DNA from: the human T2T-CHM13v2.0 reference genome, Homo sapiens
Length of the DNA: 64,000 bases
Reading direction: 5' to 3' (one strand)
NCBI RefSeq assembly: GCF_009914755.1
Contig: NC_060927.1
The position numbers and the translations under genes are program-made. This document shows, piece after piece, positions 15,150-32,714 of this stretch (positions within the stretch are counted from its first letter, which is position 1; every line of letters begins with the position of its first letter). Under the pieces are notes generated by a model. The model saw nothing but the letters and a program-made list of their open reading frames with translations, was not told where the DNA came from and did no database searches.

Positions 15150-16610
15150 ATGAATGCATAATATTCCACTATACAGTTGTGTCATATTTTATTTCCCTTT
15201 TAAGTGGATATTTACAGTCTTCATACTTTGCAGTTATACATTATCATGTAATAAACATGTCTCCACCCACATCTCTGATTCTTTTCTAATGACAAATCCC
15301 CCAGAAGCCTTTCTACTGAGTGAAAGAATATAAATTATTTTAAGGGGTTTGATATTTATTACCAATTTGCTTCCCAAGAGTGCTTGTGCTGATCCCCTAC
15401 AGAAGTAGATATAAAGAAGAAGTAGAAGGGCCAGGCGCAGTGGCACACGCCTGTAATCCCAGCACTCTGGGAGGCCGAAGCAGGTGGATCATGAGGTCAG
15501 GAGATTGAGACCATCCTGGCTAACACAGTGAAACCCTGTCTCTACTAAAAATACAAAAGATTAGTCGGGAGTAGTGGCGGGAGCCTGTAGTCCCAGCTAC
15601 TCAGGAGGCTGAGGCAAGAGAATGGCGTGAACCCGGGAGGCAGAGCTTGCAGTGAGGTGAGCTCATACCACTGTACTCCAGCCTGGGCGACAGAGCGAGA
15701 CTCCATCTCAAAAAAAAAAAAAAAAAAAAAAAGAGAATAAGTAGAAATACTGTAGATGAGAAGAATTAAATAGATGTAGAATAAGAAGTGGATATAAAAT
15801 AAAGATACCAATTTCTCATACCTTTGCCAACAAAGGTAATAATTTTAAGAAAATCTTTGCTAATTGATAGAGGAAAAAGATTTCGTTTTTAAATAGCTTT
15901 TTATATAATGTCCAAAATACTGCACATGCTCATGTCAGAAAAAACTGCAAAATATAGAAAAGCACACAGGAGGAAACAAAAATCATCTAGAATTCAATCA
16001 TCCAAAAATTACAATTAATGTTTTGTGTACACATATCGAGTCTTTCTATGATACATATTTTTTTTTACAAAAAAGGGGATCACACCATACATGTTAGTTT
16101 AACTTTTTGAACTTAACAAATTGTTTAACTTTTAATATCTACAGAATATCACCATACAAGAATATCACAATATACTGTTAATTATCATGCTACTTTCAAT
16201 TTTTCATTATTATTAACAATGCCGTGATAGGCACCCTTTGACTAAATCTTCCCACAGATCTTCCTTTACTTTATTAAGATAAATCAACGGCACAGACATG
16301 GCTAAGTCAAATAATTTGTACAATTTTAAGCCTTTTGATATGATACTGCGCAAATTATCCTCCAGAGAGGCTGTATTATTCTGAGTTCCCATATTCTCTA
16401 CAACCTTGCCAAATGCTAGTATTAACAAAAACAATCCTTTGCTAATGTCACTGGCAAAAATCAGTTTTTGTCATTTACATTTGAGTTTAATTACTAGTGA
16501 AGTTGAATTCATACTCATATTTTTATTAGCCATTTGCATTTCTTCTCCTGTGAATTACCCATTCTGCTGCCCTATTTTTTCTTACAGTGCCAATATTTAT
16601 TTTTTTATTT
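15150..16610 (-). mobile_element. Degraded L1ME-type 3' fragments
   Basis: Reverse L1 3' motifs (TTAATTACTAGTGAAGTTGAA...TTAGCCATTTGCATTTCTTCT). Confidence 0.5.
15429..15735 (+). mobile_element. AluY element
   Basis: GAGACCATCCTGGCTAACA and GAATGGCGTGAACCC; AAGTAGAA flanking duplication. Confidence 0.92.
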
Positions 16611-16714
16611 GTATTGCATTTAGTCATCATGTTTCCTTAGTCTCCTCTGGTATGTGACAGTTTCTTGGCTATTGGCTATGTTTTGTTCCTGATGACCTTG
16701 ACAGTTTTTTGGGT

Positions 16715-16830
16715 TGTTGTTGTTGTTTTGAGACAGGGTCTTGCTCTGTCACCCAGGCTGGAGTGTGGTGCCACTATCATGGCTCACTGCAGCCTCGACC
16801 TCCTGGGTTCAAGTAAACCTCCCACCTCTC
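16715..16830 (-). mobile_element. AluJ right-arm fragment
   Basis: Tail plus partial right arm, abruptly truncated. Confidence 0.8.
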
Positions 16831-17560
16831 ACATACCCTATTGCTGCTGGGGGAGAGGTAGAAGCAAACATCTTGTTTCTGGGAGAGCAGGAGAGAATCC
16901 TCATTGGCCCAGGATTCTGATGCCAAGCAGAGGTTTGCTACTGCTCAGGAAAGGGCAGATTAAGTACCACCCCTGGGGTTCAAATGAACAGGGACTGCCT
17001 AAAGCTAAGGCTGAACCAGGACAATAGAAAACCACCTATGACACCACCATAAGCCTAGCACTGAGTAACAAGCAGCATCAGTCAACCACTAGTGAAGGGG
17101 CAAGGATATGAATAGAGACTCCCCCTCTGTGATGGAGGCATGATGGGACTGAGGAAAGCCAACAGTGGAACAGAAACACTGAAGAAAAACCATCTGGTAC
17201 CCCAGGCTCCAGGTACCAGGTAACAGCAGCCCAAGTACACTGAACATAATGATACCAACATCAAAATCCAAATCCACCTCAACTCCAGACTAGGTTGACT
17301 CAATGTCACAGGCAATTGGCCTGATGGGAGAGGCGTGCCTATATCCAGACACAAAATACCATCTACCTCAGTCTCTACTGTTCTTGTATACATGATGTTT
17401 GCCATTAAACTAAAAATTATAAGACATACACAAAATAAAACACACACACACACACACACACAGGCATGCACATTACCAAGAGATAAAGCTATCAACAGAA
17501 CGAGACTCATTTATGACCTAGATGTTGGAAATATCAGGGGCTTTAAAATAACTGTTCTTT
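16830..17560 (+). mobile_element. Old L1M 5'UTR/ORF1-proximal fragment with (CA)n
   Basis: L1M-like 5' region ending GGGCTTTAAAATAACT. Confidence 0.45.
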
Positions 17561-17636
17561 CACTTTTCTCATCATTAAACTGGAAGAAAATCTTTTCCCT
17601 TTTTAATCACTTCAAAAGATAACTAATATTCTATGG

Positions 17637-18232
<596 letters not shown>

Positions 18233-18294
18233 AGATAATCAAGACTCTAAAGCAACCACTAAAAATGTATTGTGGGGTTTATAACTGTATTTGA

Positions 18295-18500
18295 TAATTT
18301 CCTGGACTCTGTCCTATGTGCCTTTTCTTTTGACAAATTTTAATCTGTCTCCTTCAGCTGTAATAAACTGTAACTGTGAGTATAACAGCTTACAATGAGT
18401 TCTGTCAATTCTCCTAGTGAATTATCAATCCTAAAGGAAGTTCTGGAAACCCCTGAACTTGCAACTGATGTCATAAGTGAGGGCTGACTTGTGCATGGCT
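18295..18500 (+). mobile_element. MER21-like LTR fragment
   Basis: AATAAACTGTAACTGTGAGTATAACAGC...GAATTATCAATCC motif. Confidence 0.55.
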
Positions 18501-18544
18501 TCAAAACTTTGCAATTGACTAACCACAAAGTCCTTTAACAGAAA

Positions 18545-19430
18545 TGTATCTTGAAAGTATTTTCTTCCAGTCCATGACTTGTCTTTTCATTCTCTTAACA
18601 GTATCTTTCTCAGAGTAGAAGTGATATGGTTTAGCTGTGGCCCCACCAAAATCTCATCTTGAACTGTAATTCCCTTAATCCCCATGTGTCATGGGAAGGA
18701 CCAGGTGGGAGGTAATTGAATCATGAGGGCGGGTTTTTCCCATGCTGTTCTCATGATAGTGAATAAGTCTTACAAGATCTGATGGTTTTATAAAGGGCAG
18801 TTCCTCTGCACACGCTCTCTTGCCTGCCATCATGTAAGACGTGACTTTGTTCCTCCTTTGCCTTCTGCCATGATTGTGAGGCCTCCCCAGCCATGTGGAA
18901 CTGTGAGTCCATTAAACCTCTTCTCTTTATAAATTACCAAATCTCAGGTATTTCTTCATAGCAGTATGAAAATGGACTAATACAAGAAGTTTTAATTTTA
19001 ACAAACACCAACATCAGTTTTCTCTTTCATGAATCATGCTTTTGGCGTTGTATCTAAAAATCATTGCCAAACCCAAGGTTACACAGATTTTCTTCTAGAA
19101 GTTTTATAGTTTTATATTTTACATTAGGTCTATGATCCCTTTTGAGTTAATTTTTTGTGAAAGGTATAAGGTCTATGCCTAGGTTCATTTTTTTGCATAC
19201 GGACTTTGATTGTTCTAGCATCATTTGTTGAAAAAACCCATTCTTCCATTAAACTGTCTTTGCTCCTTTTTCAGAGATCAGGTGACTATATTTGGGTGAG
19301 TCCATTTCTGCGCTCTTTATTCTGTTCTACTGATATATGTGTCCATTCTTTTGCCAATAACACATTATCTTGATTACTGCAGCTTTATAGTAGGCCTCAA
19401 AAATCAGGTAATGTGAGTCTTAGATATGGT
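18545..19430 (-). mobile_element. L1M ORF2 fragment interrupted by THE1
   Basis: Reverse L1 ORF2 motifs (TTGTTCTAGCATCATTTGTTGAAAA). Confidence 0.75.
18622..18984 (+). mobile_element. THE1C/D-like MaLR solo LTR
   Basis: TG...CA ends; perfect 5-bp TSD AGAAG at 18617-18621 and 18985-18989. Confidence 0.9.
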
Positions 19431-19612
19431 TTTTGACAATTCCTGAGTCTATCTTTTAAACTTATATGTTAACATATTCATTTTTATTCTAATTACTAAT
19501 AAGGTGGTCTTATATTTGTCACTCTATTATGTTCACTGCTCTTCAACACTATCGCTTATTGTCTTTTGCTAATAACAGTGCAGACATTTTCTTTTTCCTA
19601 ATAACACTGTAA

Positions 19613-19920
<308 letters not shown>

Positions 19921-19934
19921 AGTGTTTCTTTTTC

Positions 19935-19970
<36 letters not shown>

Positions 19971-20019
19971 TTACCATTTATTAGTGCAGCAGAAAATCTG
20001 TGATGAATTTTATATATAG

Positions 20020-21992
<1,973 letters not shown>

Positions 21993-22089
21993 TAAATAAT
22001 TTCTTTTAAAATTCCAACGCAGAAGAGTACAAAGGATGATCCAAGATCCTGTGAAATCATCCTTATTTCTTCTCTCTCTAGGTCCCTGA

Positions 22090-22260
22090 AGTCAAAGTGT
22101 ATTTGGGATCAAATCTGAGACCTCCTTCTTATTAGTTATACAATCTTAGGGAAGTAATTTAACCTCTTTACCTCCGTGTTCTTGGGAATAACCATTTACT
22201 TAGATTTAATTAGCTAATTCATGAAGGCTTTAATATAGAATCTGGTACTCAATATATATT
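22090..22260 (+). mobile_element. MIR fragment
   Basis: GGGATCAAATC...CTTAGGGAAGTAATTTAACCTCT core-like motif. Confidence 0.5.
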
Positions 22261-22475
22261 TAGTTATTATTATTATAATTGCTGACATCTCAGTTGGTTT
22301 CCTTCTATGGCAATCTGCTATCTTCTACATATTTTTCAGATTCATTAAACAAACCCCATGAGAATAAAGAAAATACCATCTAATATTGTTTCCTTTCTCA
22401 ACTTTTTCAAAGTATAATTTTTTTCTGTTTCTTAAATATCAGATGTCCTTCTTTTATTTTGCAGAATCTCTTTCC

Positions 22476-22847
<372 letters not shown>

Positions 22848-22921
22848 TGAGAAATCTATCCAGGTTTGGTGTTTTCTAAGAAAAAAGTTAAGTAAATTCT
22901 AGGTGGTCTCTGTCCACCTAG

Positions 22922-23241
<320 letters not shown>

Positions 23242-24496
23242 TGACTTTAAACTTTATCCACACAAGCCAGACCTAGTATTGAGCAGTCACATAATACTAT
23301 GGCTCTCACCTATTTGGAGGATTAAAGATCCCTTTGAGGATCAAATTAAAATTATATACTATCTAGAGCACACAATTTTGCTCATCAATTCAGTTTGTCA
23401 TGACTTAAAGTCAATTTGTGGATCTAATGTAGGGATCCCCTGATTTACTATGGCGCTGATAAACTAAGGAAGATCTTCTGACCCTGTTGTCTTGTTCCAT
23501 GTGCACGTGATTGGCAATCTAATCCTACATACTTTGAAACAGAATATAGTTCTCCCCTAGTCAAAAACAGGACCTAACCAAGAGTTGTTTAACCTGGTGA
23601 CTGGTTTATTAAACTGTTCTCTTTACTCTTGTAAATATCTGAAATTTTCCATAATAAAAAGCTTAATCTGTGTGTCTGTCTAAAGTAGGGCCTGAGAAAA
23701 GGCATACTACTCCCATGGATTTTCTTCTCTTTGCCCCTTCTCACCACTACCTTCATCACATCTGAAAACGTACCCCCAACAAATCCACTTCTGCCACTGC
23801 CTTTACAGAGCTGTGGTCACTAAGGGAAGTACAGAGGTAATGATAAGAGAGATGGGAGGGAGAAAAAGAGCCCTGGATGTTGCAGATAGCAGTTGCAACA
23901 CGGCGTTGGTGGGAAGCTGCCAAGTTTCTGGTTGGTAAAGATCCTACTTCCTTAAATTTGTAGGTATGAAGTAGAGAAGGGTAGAAATCTACCTTTTTCC
24001 TGCCTGTCCCCGCTATTTTGTCTCAGGGATCAATCTTCATTTCTACTCATCGAAATTCCTCCTGTTGCCTGGCACATTTTAATCTGTATTGCCAATCTCT
24101 ATTTGTAGCTTTGCTTTTTTGTGTATATTCCCAAATTTGACCGAAGCATAAGACAGAAAATTAAGTTGGGTCCCACCAGCTAGCTATCATCTAAATTCAG
24201 GCTTCCCCATTGATTTTTTGAGCCCAAAAGGTCCTAAAATAATCTAGCACACATTCAACCTGGGAAAAGCAGATAAGTGGAAGCAATAGCTTCTCATGTG
24301 CTCTTGCCCCCCTTCAGCCTTCAGCCACACTACAATCTTACATAAACAGAAATATGCCTATTGATACTATTGAGCATATTAAATACAGTATAGTAAAAAA
24401 GAAAGTGGCATTTTCTCTCAAGGATCTCTAATCCAGATTAACAACGTTGAAAGACTTCCAATAGATGTGAAGTTTAAACTGAAGCACTGTAGCAAC

Positions 24497-24972
24497 TGAG
24501 AAAAGAAAAGAACTTTTATCTGAGGAATGCAAGTCCTTTTAAATATCAGGCCCAGATAGACATTAAAATGAGATTACAATCATGCCTACTCCCCTCCTTT
24601 GAGCTATGTATTCATCTGTTTAAACTGCTTACTATTGCCATAAGTAGCCATAAATTAGCTTAATAATCCACATCAGGTGTGAATTATAATAACACTATAA
24701 TCCATACCTTATAGGTTAACAACGTATAGTCAATCACTAATCAATTCTCACTGGTTCTGTAAACCAGTGAGAATTGCTAGCAAACAACTTTGTACAGTCC
24801 ACCCCCTGTCCCCCTATTTTGCCTTTCAAACTCCACTTGTAACTGCTGCTAACAGGAGTGTATATTCAGGGAAACTTGAATCTATGTTCCCAGGTTGTAA
24901 TCCTCAAGTTTGGCCCAAATAAACTCTCCACTTATATTAGTTTTGCCTCCATTTCTTCATTTTAGGTTGACA
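24497..24972 (+). mobile_element. ERV1 (MER4-group, MER83/MER84-like) solo LTR
   Basis: TG...CA ends, CTTTTATCTGAGGAATGC 5' motif, AATAAACTCTC signal, TTTAGGTTGACA end. Confidence 0.7.
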
Positions 24973-25049
24973 TATCCAATTAGAAACACTCAAGTTAATT
25001 CACAATAATGTGTGCTTGATAAAACTTGCAAATTAGTGAACTAATATGC

Positions 25050-25353
25050 TTTTTTTTTTTTTTTTTGAGATGGAGTTTCGCTCTTGTTGCCCAGGCTCCA
25101 GTGCAGTCAGTGACGCGATCTTGGTTCACTGCAACCTCCGCCTCCCGGGTTCAAGTGATTCTCCTGCCTCAGCCTGCCAAGTAGCTGGGATTAAAGGCTC
25201 CTGTCACCACACCCAGCTAATTTTTGTATTTTTAGTAGAGACGCGGTCTCACCACGTTGGCCAGGCTGATCTTGAGTTCCTGACCTCAGGTGATCCACAC
25301 ACCTCGGCCTCCCAAAGTGTTGGGATTACAGGTGTGAGCTACCACTCCTGGCC
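25050..25353 (-). mobile_element. AluSq-like element
   Basis: Full Alu; TSD CTAATATGCT. Confidence 0.92.
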
Positions 25354-25445
25354 CTAATATGCTAATTATTAGACACTTTCAAACTGAAAAATAAGCACAC
25401 AGAGAATATCAAAACCAATTAGCATAAAGAGGTGCTCTGAGATTA

Positions 25446-25745
25446 GCTGGGTGTGGTGGCTCACACCTGTAATCCTAGCACCTTGGGAGGATGAGGTGGG
25501 CTCATTTCTTGAGCCCAGGAGTTCAAGACCAGCCTGGGCAACATGGTGAAACCTCGTCTCCACTAAAAATACAAAAATTAGCTGGGCATGGTGGCATGTA
25601 CCTATCATCTCAGCTACTCAGAAGGCTGAGGTAGGAGAATTGCTGGAGCCTGGGAGACAGATTGCAGTGAGCCGAATTTATACCGCTATACTCCAGTCTG
25701 GATGACAGAGAGAGACCCTGTCTTAAGGGAAAAAAAAAAAAAATC
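25446..25745 (+). mobile_element. AluJ/S element
   Basis: Full Alu, head-to-head with the previous one. Confidence 0.9.
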
Positions 25746-25887
25746 AAAAGAAGAGAAAAAAGATTAGTAGAGGTATAGTTTTCTAAATTCCTCCTAGTTT
25801 TGTCAGTAATATTTCAGATTAATAAAATATTTCTAAAGAAAGATATAAATGCAGAGCCGTTTTCAACCTCTGATTTGAAAGACCTGA

Positions 25888-26177
25888 TTTTTTATTTTAT
25901 AGGGTCTCGCTCTTTTGCCCAGGCTGGAGTACGGTGGTACAATCACAGCTCACTACAACCTTGACTTCCCAGGCTCAAGCAACCCTCCCACCTCAGCCTG
26001 CCCAGTAGCTAGGATTACAGGAGTATGCCACCATGCCTGGCTAATTTTTAATTTTTTTGTAGAGACAATGTGTTACTATGTTGCTCAGGCTGGTCTCAAA
26101 CTCCTGGGCTCATGTGATCCTCTTGCCTCAGCCTCCCAAAGTGGTGGGATTACAGGCATGAGCCACTGTGCCCAGCC
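25888..26177 (-). mobile_element. AluJ element
   Basis: Diverged Alu inserted at a MIR. Confidence 0.88.
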
Positions 26178-26179
26178 CG

Positions 26180-26355
26180 AAAGACGTAATTTGAACTGCC
26201 TCTATCACTTGGGAAATTAACTGCTCTGAGTCTCCGTTTTATCCACCTCTAAAATGGGCATCATAATAGCATCTATCTTGAAGAAGGTTCTGAGGATTAT
26301 ATGAAATAACGAATATGAAGGGTTTCTTGTAGTTCCTGGCATATAGCACTCAAAA
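26180..26355 (+). mobile_element. MIR fragment
   Basis: CTCTGAGTCTCCGTTTTATCCACCTCTAAAATGGG core. Confidence 0.65.
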
Positions 26356-27298
26356 CACAGCAGATTTCTTATAAAAAGTGTTCATCCTCTGAAAATAGTG
26401 AGAGAAAGTAAGATGGCAACTAAGGTTAAAAGGTACTTCAGAAAAGGAATACAAACAAAGAAAATAACAAAACAAAACCATTTTAAGTAAACTACGGCCC
26501 AATATCCCTCATGAACACTCACAAAAATTCTAAATGAAATTTTAGCTAACTGAATTCTAGAATATATAAAAAGGATAACATATGCCTGAGTTTATCCCAT
26601 GAATGGCAGAAGGTTGATTTAACATTGGAAAATCAATCAATATAATTCCCCATATCATCAGAATAAAAAAGAAGAACTACACTATCATCTTCAATAGATG
26701 CAGGTAAGGCATTTAACAAAATTCAACAATTATTCATGACAAAAACTCTCAGCAGACAAGGAATAGATGGGAACTTACTCAAAATGCTAAAAAGCAACTA
26801 TAGAAAACCCATAGCTAAAAATCATACTTATGGTAAAAAAATTGAATGCTTTTCCCCTAAAATCAGGAACAAGACAATGATGTATACCTTTACTATTTTG
26901 ACAATGAACTAGAGGGCTTAGCCAGTGTAATAAAGGAAATGAAAGGTATAAAATAAGAAAGGAATACGTAAAATTTGTTTGTACATAAACAAAATATTGG
27001 TCTATATGGAAAATCCTATAGAATCTATATAAATGGACTAGGAGTGAGTTTGGCAAGGTCACAGGCAACAAGGTCAATATACAAAAGCCAACTGTATTTC
27101 TATCTTCTGCCAACAAAACAAAATCAGATATTAAAAATTTTAAACATATTATTTACAATAGCATAAAATATTAAATATTTAGGGATAAATCTAACAAAAT
27201 TGTACAAGAGTTATACAATGGAAACTGCAATAGATTGCTGAAACTATAGAAGACAAATTAATGGAGAGAAAAAACATGTTTATAAATCAGAAGATTCA

Positions 27299-27608
<310 letters not shown>

Positions 27609-27725
27609 TTATGATAATGGTTCTTGTTTTCATCTTTACTCTTATCCCAGACACCTATCCTTCTGCGACACTGAATTGCTTTTAGTTCCCTGTTTTCTCT
27701 TCTAGCCTTTCTATATGCTCCCAGT

Positions 27726-28171
<446 letters not shown>

Positions 28172-28396
28172 AATCAGGAGATTAAAAATTGTTAATATGT
28201 CAATTCTTCCCAAATTTATCTATAGATCAATGTAATCCTAATCAAATCTCAGCAGATATTTTTTGTAGAAATGTATAAGGTTGATTCTAAAATTTATATA
28301 AAATGCAAAGGACCTAGTATAGCTCAAACAACTTTGTAAAATAACAAAATCGAAAGATTACACTATCTGGTTTTAAGGCTTAGTATGCAGCTACAG

Positions 28397-28905
28397 CAGA
28401 GTTTCTCAACCTTGGCACTACTGACATTTTGGACCAGCTAATTTTTTGTTCTGGAAGACTCTCCTGTGCATTGCAGAATCTTTAGCACCATCCCTGGCCT
28501 CTACCTCTACCCAGGGGCAACCTTCCTGCCTACCCCCCAAGTTGTGACAATCAAAAATGTCTCCAGGCCTGGCGCGGTGGCTCAGGCCTGTAATCCAGCA
28601 CTTTGGGAGGCCAAGATGGGTGGATTACTTGAGATCAGGTGTTTGAGACCAGCCTGGCCAATGTGGTGAAACCTCATCTCTACTAAAATTACAAAAATTG
28701 GCTGGGCGTGGTGGTGTGCACCTGTAATCCCAGCTACTCGGGAGGCTGAAGCGGGAGAATTGCTTGAGCCTGGGAGGCGGAGGTTGCACCACTGCACTTC
28801 AGCCTGGGAGACAGAGAGAGATTCCATCTCAAAAAAAAAAAAACCGTCTCCAGATATTGCCAAATGTCCCCTAGGGGCAAAATTGTCCTTCATTGAGAAC
28901 CACTG
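28397..28905 (+). mobile_element. MER20 (hAT-Charlie) interrupted by an AluS (28566-28843)
   Basis: TTTCTCAACCTTGGCACTA...TTGAGAACCACTG termini; Alu TSD ending GTCTCCAG. Confidence 0.88.
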
Positions 28906-29151
28906 AGCTACCAAGAGAGTACAGTATTGGCATGAAGATAAGACACGTACATCAATGGAACAGAACAGAATCTAGAAACAGATCCTCAATTACATAGTCA
29001 ATTGATATTTGACAAAGGTACAAAGCAATTCTATGGGAAATTATAATCTTTTTTGACTGGTTGTTGCTGGAATGATTGGATATTCATATGATACAAAAAT
29101 AAACCTTTCCTCTCATTCCATATATAAAAATTAACTCAAAATTTATCATAA

Positions 29152-29445
29152 GGCTGGACTTAGTGACTCATGTTTGTAATCCCAGCACTTTGGGAAGCTG
29201 AAGCGGGAGGATTGCTTGAGCCCAAGAGTTCGAGACCAGCCTAGCCAACATAGGGAGACCTCATCTCTACAAAAAATTTAAAAATTAGCTGGGTGTGGTG
29301 GCACATGTCTGTAGTCCCAGCTACCCGGGAGGCTGAGGTGGGAGGATAGCTTGAGCCCAGGAGGTCAAGGCTTCAGTGAGCTGTGACTGCACTACTGCAC
29401 TCCGGCCAAGCAAGACTGTCTTGGAAAAACACAAAAAACAAAACT
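29152..29445 (+). mobile_element. AluJ element
   Basis: Diverged Alu. Confidence 0.88.
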
Positions 29446-29563
29446 TACCATAGACTTAAATTTAAGAGCTAAAATTAGAAAACTTCTAGGAAAGTTCTAG
29501 GAAAATAAAGGAATATAGCAACGTAAAAACTTATAGGAAAATGTACGAGAAAACCTTAGTATT

Positions 29564-29863
29564 GGCCGTGCGCGGTGGCTCACGCCTATAATCCCAGCAC
29601 TTTGGGAGGCCAAGGCGGGCAGATCACAAGGTCAGGAGATCATGACCATCCTGGCTAACACGGTGAAACCCTGCCTCTACTAAAAAAAAAAAAATACAAA
29701 AAAATTAGCTGGGCATGGTGGCGGGCGCCTGTAGTCCCAGCTACTCAGGAGGCTGAGGCAGGAGAATGGCGTGAACCCAGGAGACGGAGCTTGCAGTGAG
29801 TGGAGATCGAGCGGAGATCAGCCTGGGCGACTGAGCGAGACTCTGTCTCAAAGAAAAAAAAAA
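29564..29863 (+). mobile_element. AluY element
   Basis: Perfect 16-bp TSD AGAAAACCTTAGTATT. Confidence 0.93.
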
Positions 29864-29899
29864 AGAAAACCTTAGTATTATTGGCTTAGGCAAAAATTT

Positions 29900-30417
<518 letters not shown>

Positions 30418-30483
30418 AGATTTCTTAAATAGGATACAAAGAACCACAAACTATCTTTTTTAATTGAAAAACTGCACATTAAG

Positions 30484-30884
30484 TGATATAGTTTAGATGT
30501 TTGTCCGCTCCAAATCTCATGCTGAAATGTAATCCTCAATGTTGGAGGTGGGGCCTGATGGGGGTGTCTGGGTCATGGGGGAGGATCCCTCATGAATGGC
30601 TTGGTGTCATCCCTATGGTAATGAGTAGTTCACATGAGATCTGGTTGTTTAAAACAGTATGGCACCTCCCTCCATCTCTCTTGCTCCCTCTCTTGCCACG
30701 TGACTTGCTGACTCTCCTTTGCCTTCTGCTATGACTGTAGACTTCCCAAGGCCCTCACCGGAAGTAGATGCTGGCACCATGCTTCCTGTACAGCCTGCAG
30801 AACCATGAGCCAAAATAAACTTCTTTTCTTTATAAATTATCCTGCCTCATGAGTCCTTTATAGCAACATAAACAGACTGATGTA
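30484..30884 (+). mobile_element. MSTB-like MaLR solo LTR
   Basis: TGATATAGTTTAGATGTTTGTCC start, AATAAACTTCTTTTC signal; TTAAG/TCAAG flanks. Confidence 0.85.
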
Positions 30885-30939
30885 TCAAGATATAAAACAT
30901 GTCTGCTCTTCAAAATCTCTTAACTTTAAAAAGTTAAGA

Positions 30940-31002
30940 CTGAGAAAGTAGAACCTCATGAGCTTTCTAATCTGGATTTTAAGCAGGAGATATTGGAAAA
31001 GC
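30940..31002 (+). repeat. 63-bp diverged copy of 32281-32350 flanked by a 16-bp direct repeat
   Basis: CTTTAAAAAGTTAAGA at 30924-30939 and 31003-31018. Confidence 0.9.
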
Positions 31003-31949
31003 CTTTAAAAAGTTAAGAGAAGAAAAAGACACATGACAGCCTGGGAGAAAATGTTTGCAAAATACACATGTGATAAAGGACTTGTAACATGAATAAGACA
31101 ATAACAAGACAAACAACTCAATAAAAAATCTGCAAAAGATTTAAACACTTATGTAACCAAAGAAAATATGCTGATGGCAAATAAGCACATGAAAAGATTC
31201 GTAATATCATTAGTCATTAGGGAAATACAAATTAAAACCACACTGAGCACCAAACTCACTTGAATCACTAAAATAGAAAACAAAAAAAACTGACCATACC
31301 AAGTGCTGGCAAGGACACAGGGCACTAGAACTCTCATACACATTGCTGATGGGAATGCCAACTTGTACAAACACTTTGGGAAACATGTTTGGTAATTGCT
31401 TATAAAGTTAAATATACACTTACCATATGACCCAGCAATTCCACTTCTAGGTATTTACCTTAGAGAGATGAAAACTTATGTCAACACATAAGCTTGTATT
31501 TGAATGTTCACAGCAGTTTTATTAATAATGCTCCACAAGTGAAACAACAAAAATGTTCATCAACCCATGACTGGATATACAAATGGTGGTATATCATATA
31601 ATAGAATACTATTCAGTAATAGAAAAGAACTACTGATTCACACAACATGAATGAATCTTGAAAACATTATGCTAAGTACAAGAATCCAGACACAAAATGA
31701 GATTAATAAAATATCAAAAAATATTCTATATGGCTAAAAATAATTATGACTTTAGTAGCTGGTTTTGCCTATATGAATCATTGACACTATGTTTTGTTAT
31801 TTATGTATCAGTTCTCCTTAAATCAACTATAAACCCTCTGCTATAGGGGTTACCGTGTATCTCAGGTGGCACTTCATAATATTAACACCTCGTGTTTGTA
31901 TATCAATGCACAGGTTTCATAATTCTCATCCACTGAAACAACTGGCATG

Positions 31950-32125
31950 TAGTATGCATATTGCAATGAAGTCAACATACCTAGGTTCAAATCCCAGCTG
32001 ATTTGTGATTTGTCAACATACCTAGGTTCAAATCCCAGTCAACATACCTAGGTTCAAATCCCAGTGTGTGGTCTGCAGTAAGTCATTTTACCTTTATGAG
32101 ATTCACTTTTCTTATTCATGAAACT
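31950..32125 (+). mobile_element. MIR with triplicated B-box segment
   Basis: CCTAGGTTCAAATCCCAG followed by degenerate MIR core. Confidence 0.7.
31971..32064 (+). repeat. Three identical 27-bp direct repeats GTCAACATACCTAGGTTCAAATCCCAG
   Basis: Copies at 31971, 32012 and 32038 (copies 2 and 3 share one G); 14-bp filler after copy 1. Confidence 0.95.
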
Positions 32126-32714
32126 AAAAAGCATGGATCAAGTGGGGAAAGACAGTGTTAGGGACATAAGAGATGGTACAATCAACAATTCTAATGCATG
32201 TAAGACTATTAAGGACAGAAACCTCCAGAGACGTGAAGGGCCAAAAGTTATACTTGAACCTGATTTTCAGAAGAGCCAAAGACTGAGAAAGAAGAACCTC
32301 ATGAGCTTTCTGATCCAGATTTTAAGCAGATATTGGATATTGGAAAAGTCATCACAGAGATAACTAGTTTGTGGCAGACAACAATCATAAAAACATCCAC
32401 TTTTGATCCTGCAATGCAGTCAGTCTCCTCCTATCACTGGGAATGGGATTCAACAAGCATTGAATTGTTCATCTACATATAAGAGAAATGAGCTATTTTA
32501 GATTATCATAAAACAGGTTAATTTTATTCTTCTGGTGTGTTGTGGCCATAGTAATCCATCTCAGTAAGAGATAAAACATAGGTTCAGATATTTGGTATAT
32601 GTACTTGGATGAGAATCTACAATTGGTGGAATTATAAATGCCTATCAATCCAAAGACAGAATCACTCACGGGACATATGGTAGCCCCAGGAAGCTTCATT
32701 AGGGATTTGCTGTG

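Noticed and set aside
31971-32064. CRISPR-like repeat-spacer appearance
   Set aside because: Primate DNA, only one 14-nt filler, repeat is MIR-derived, no cas genes
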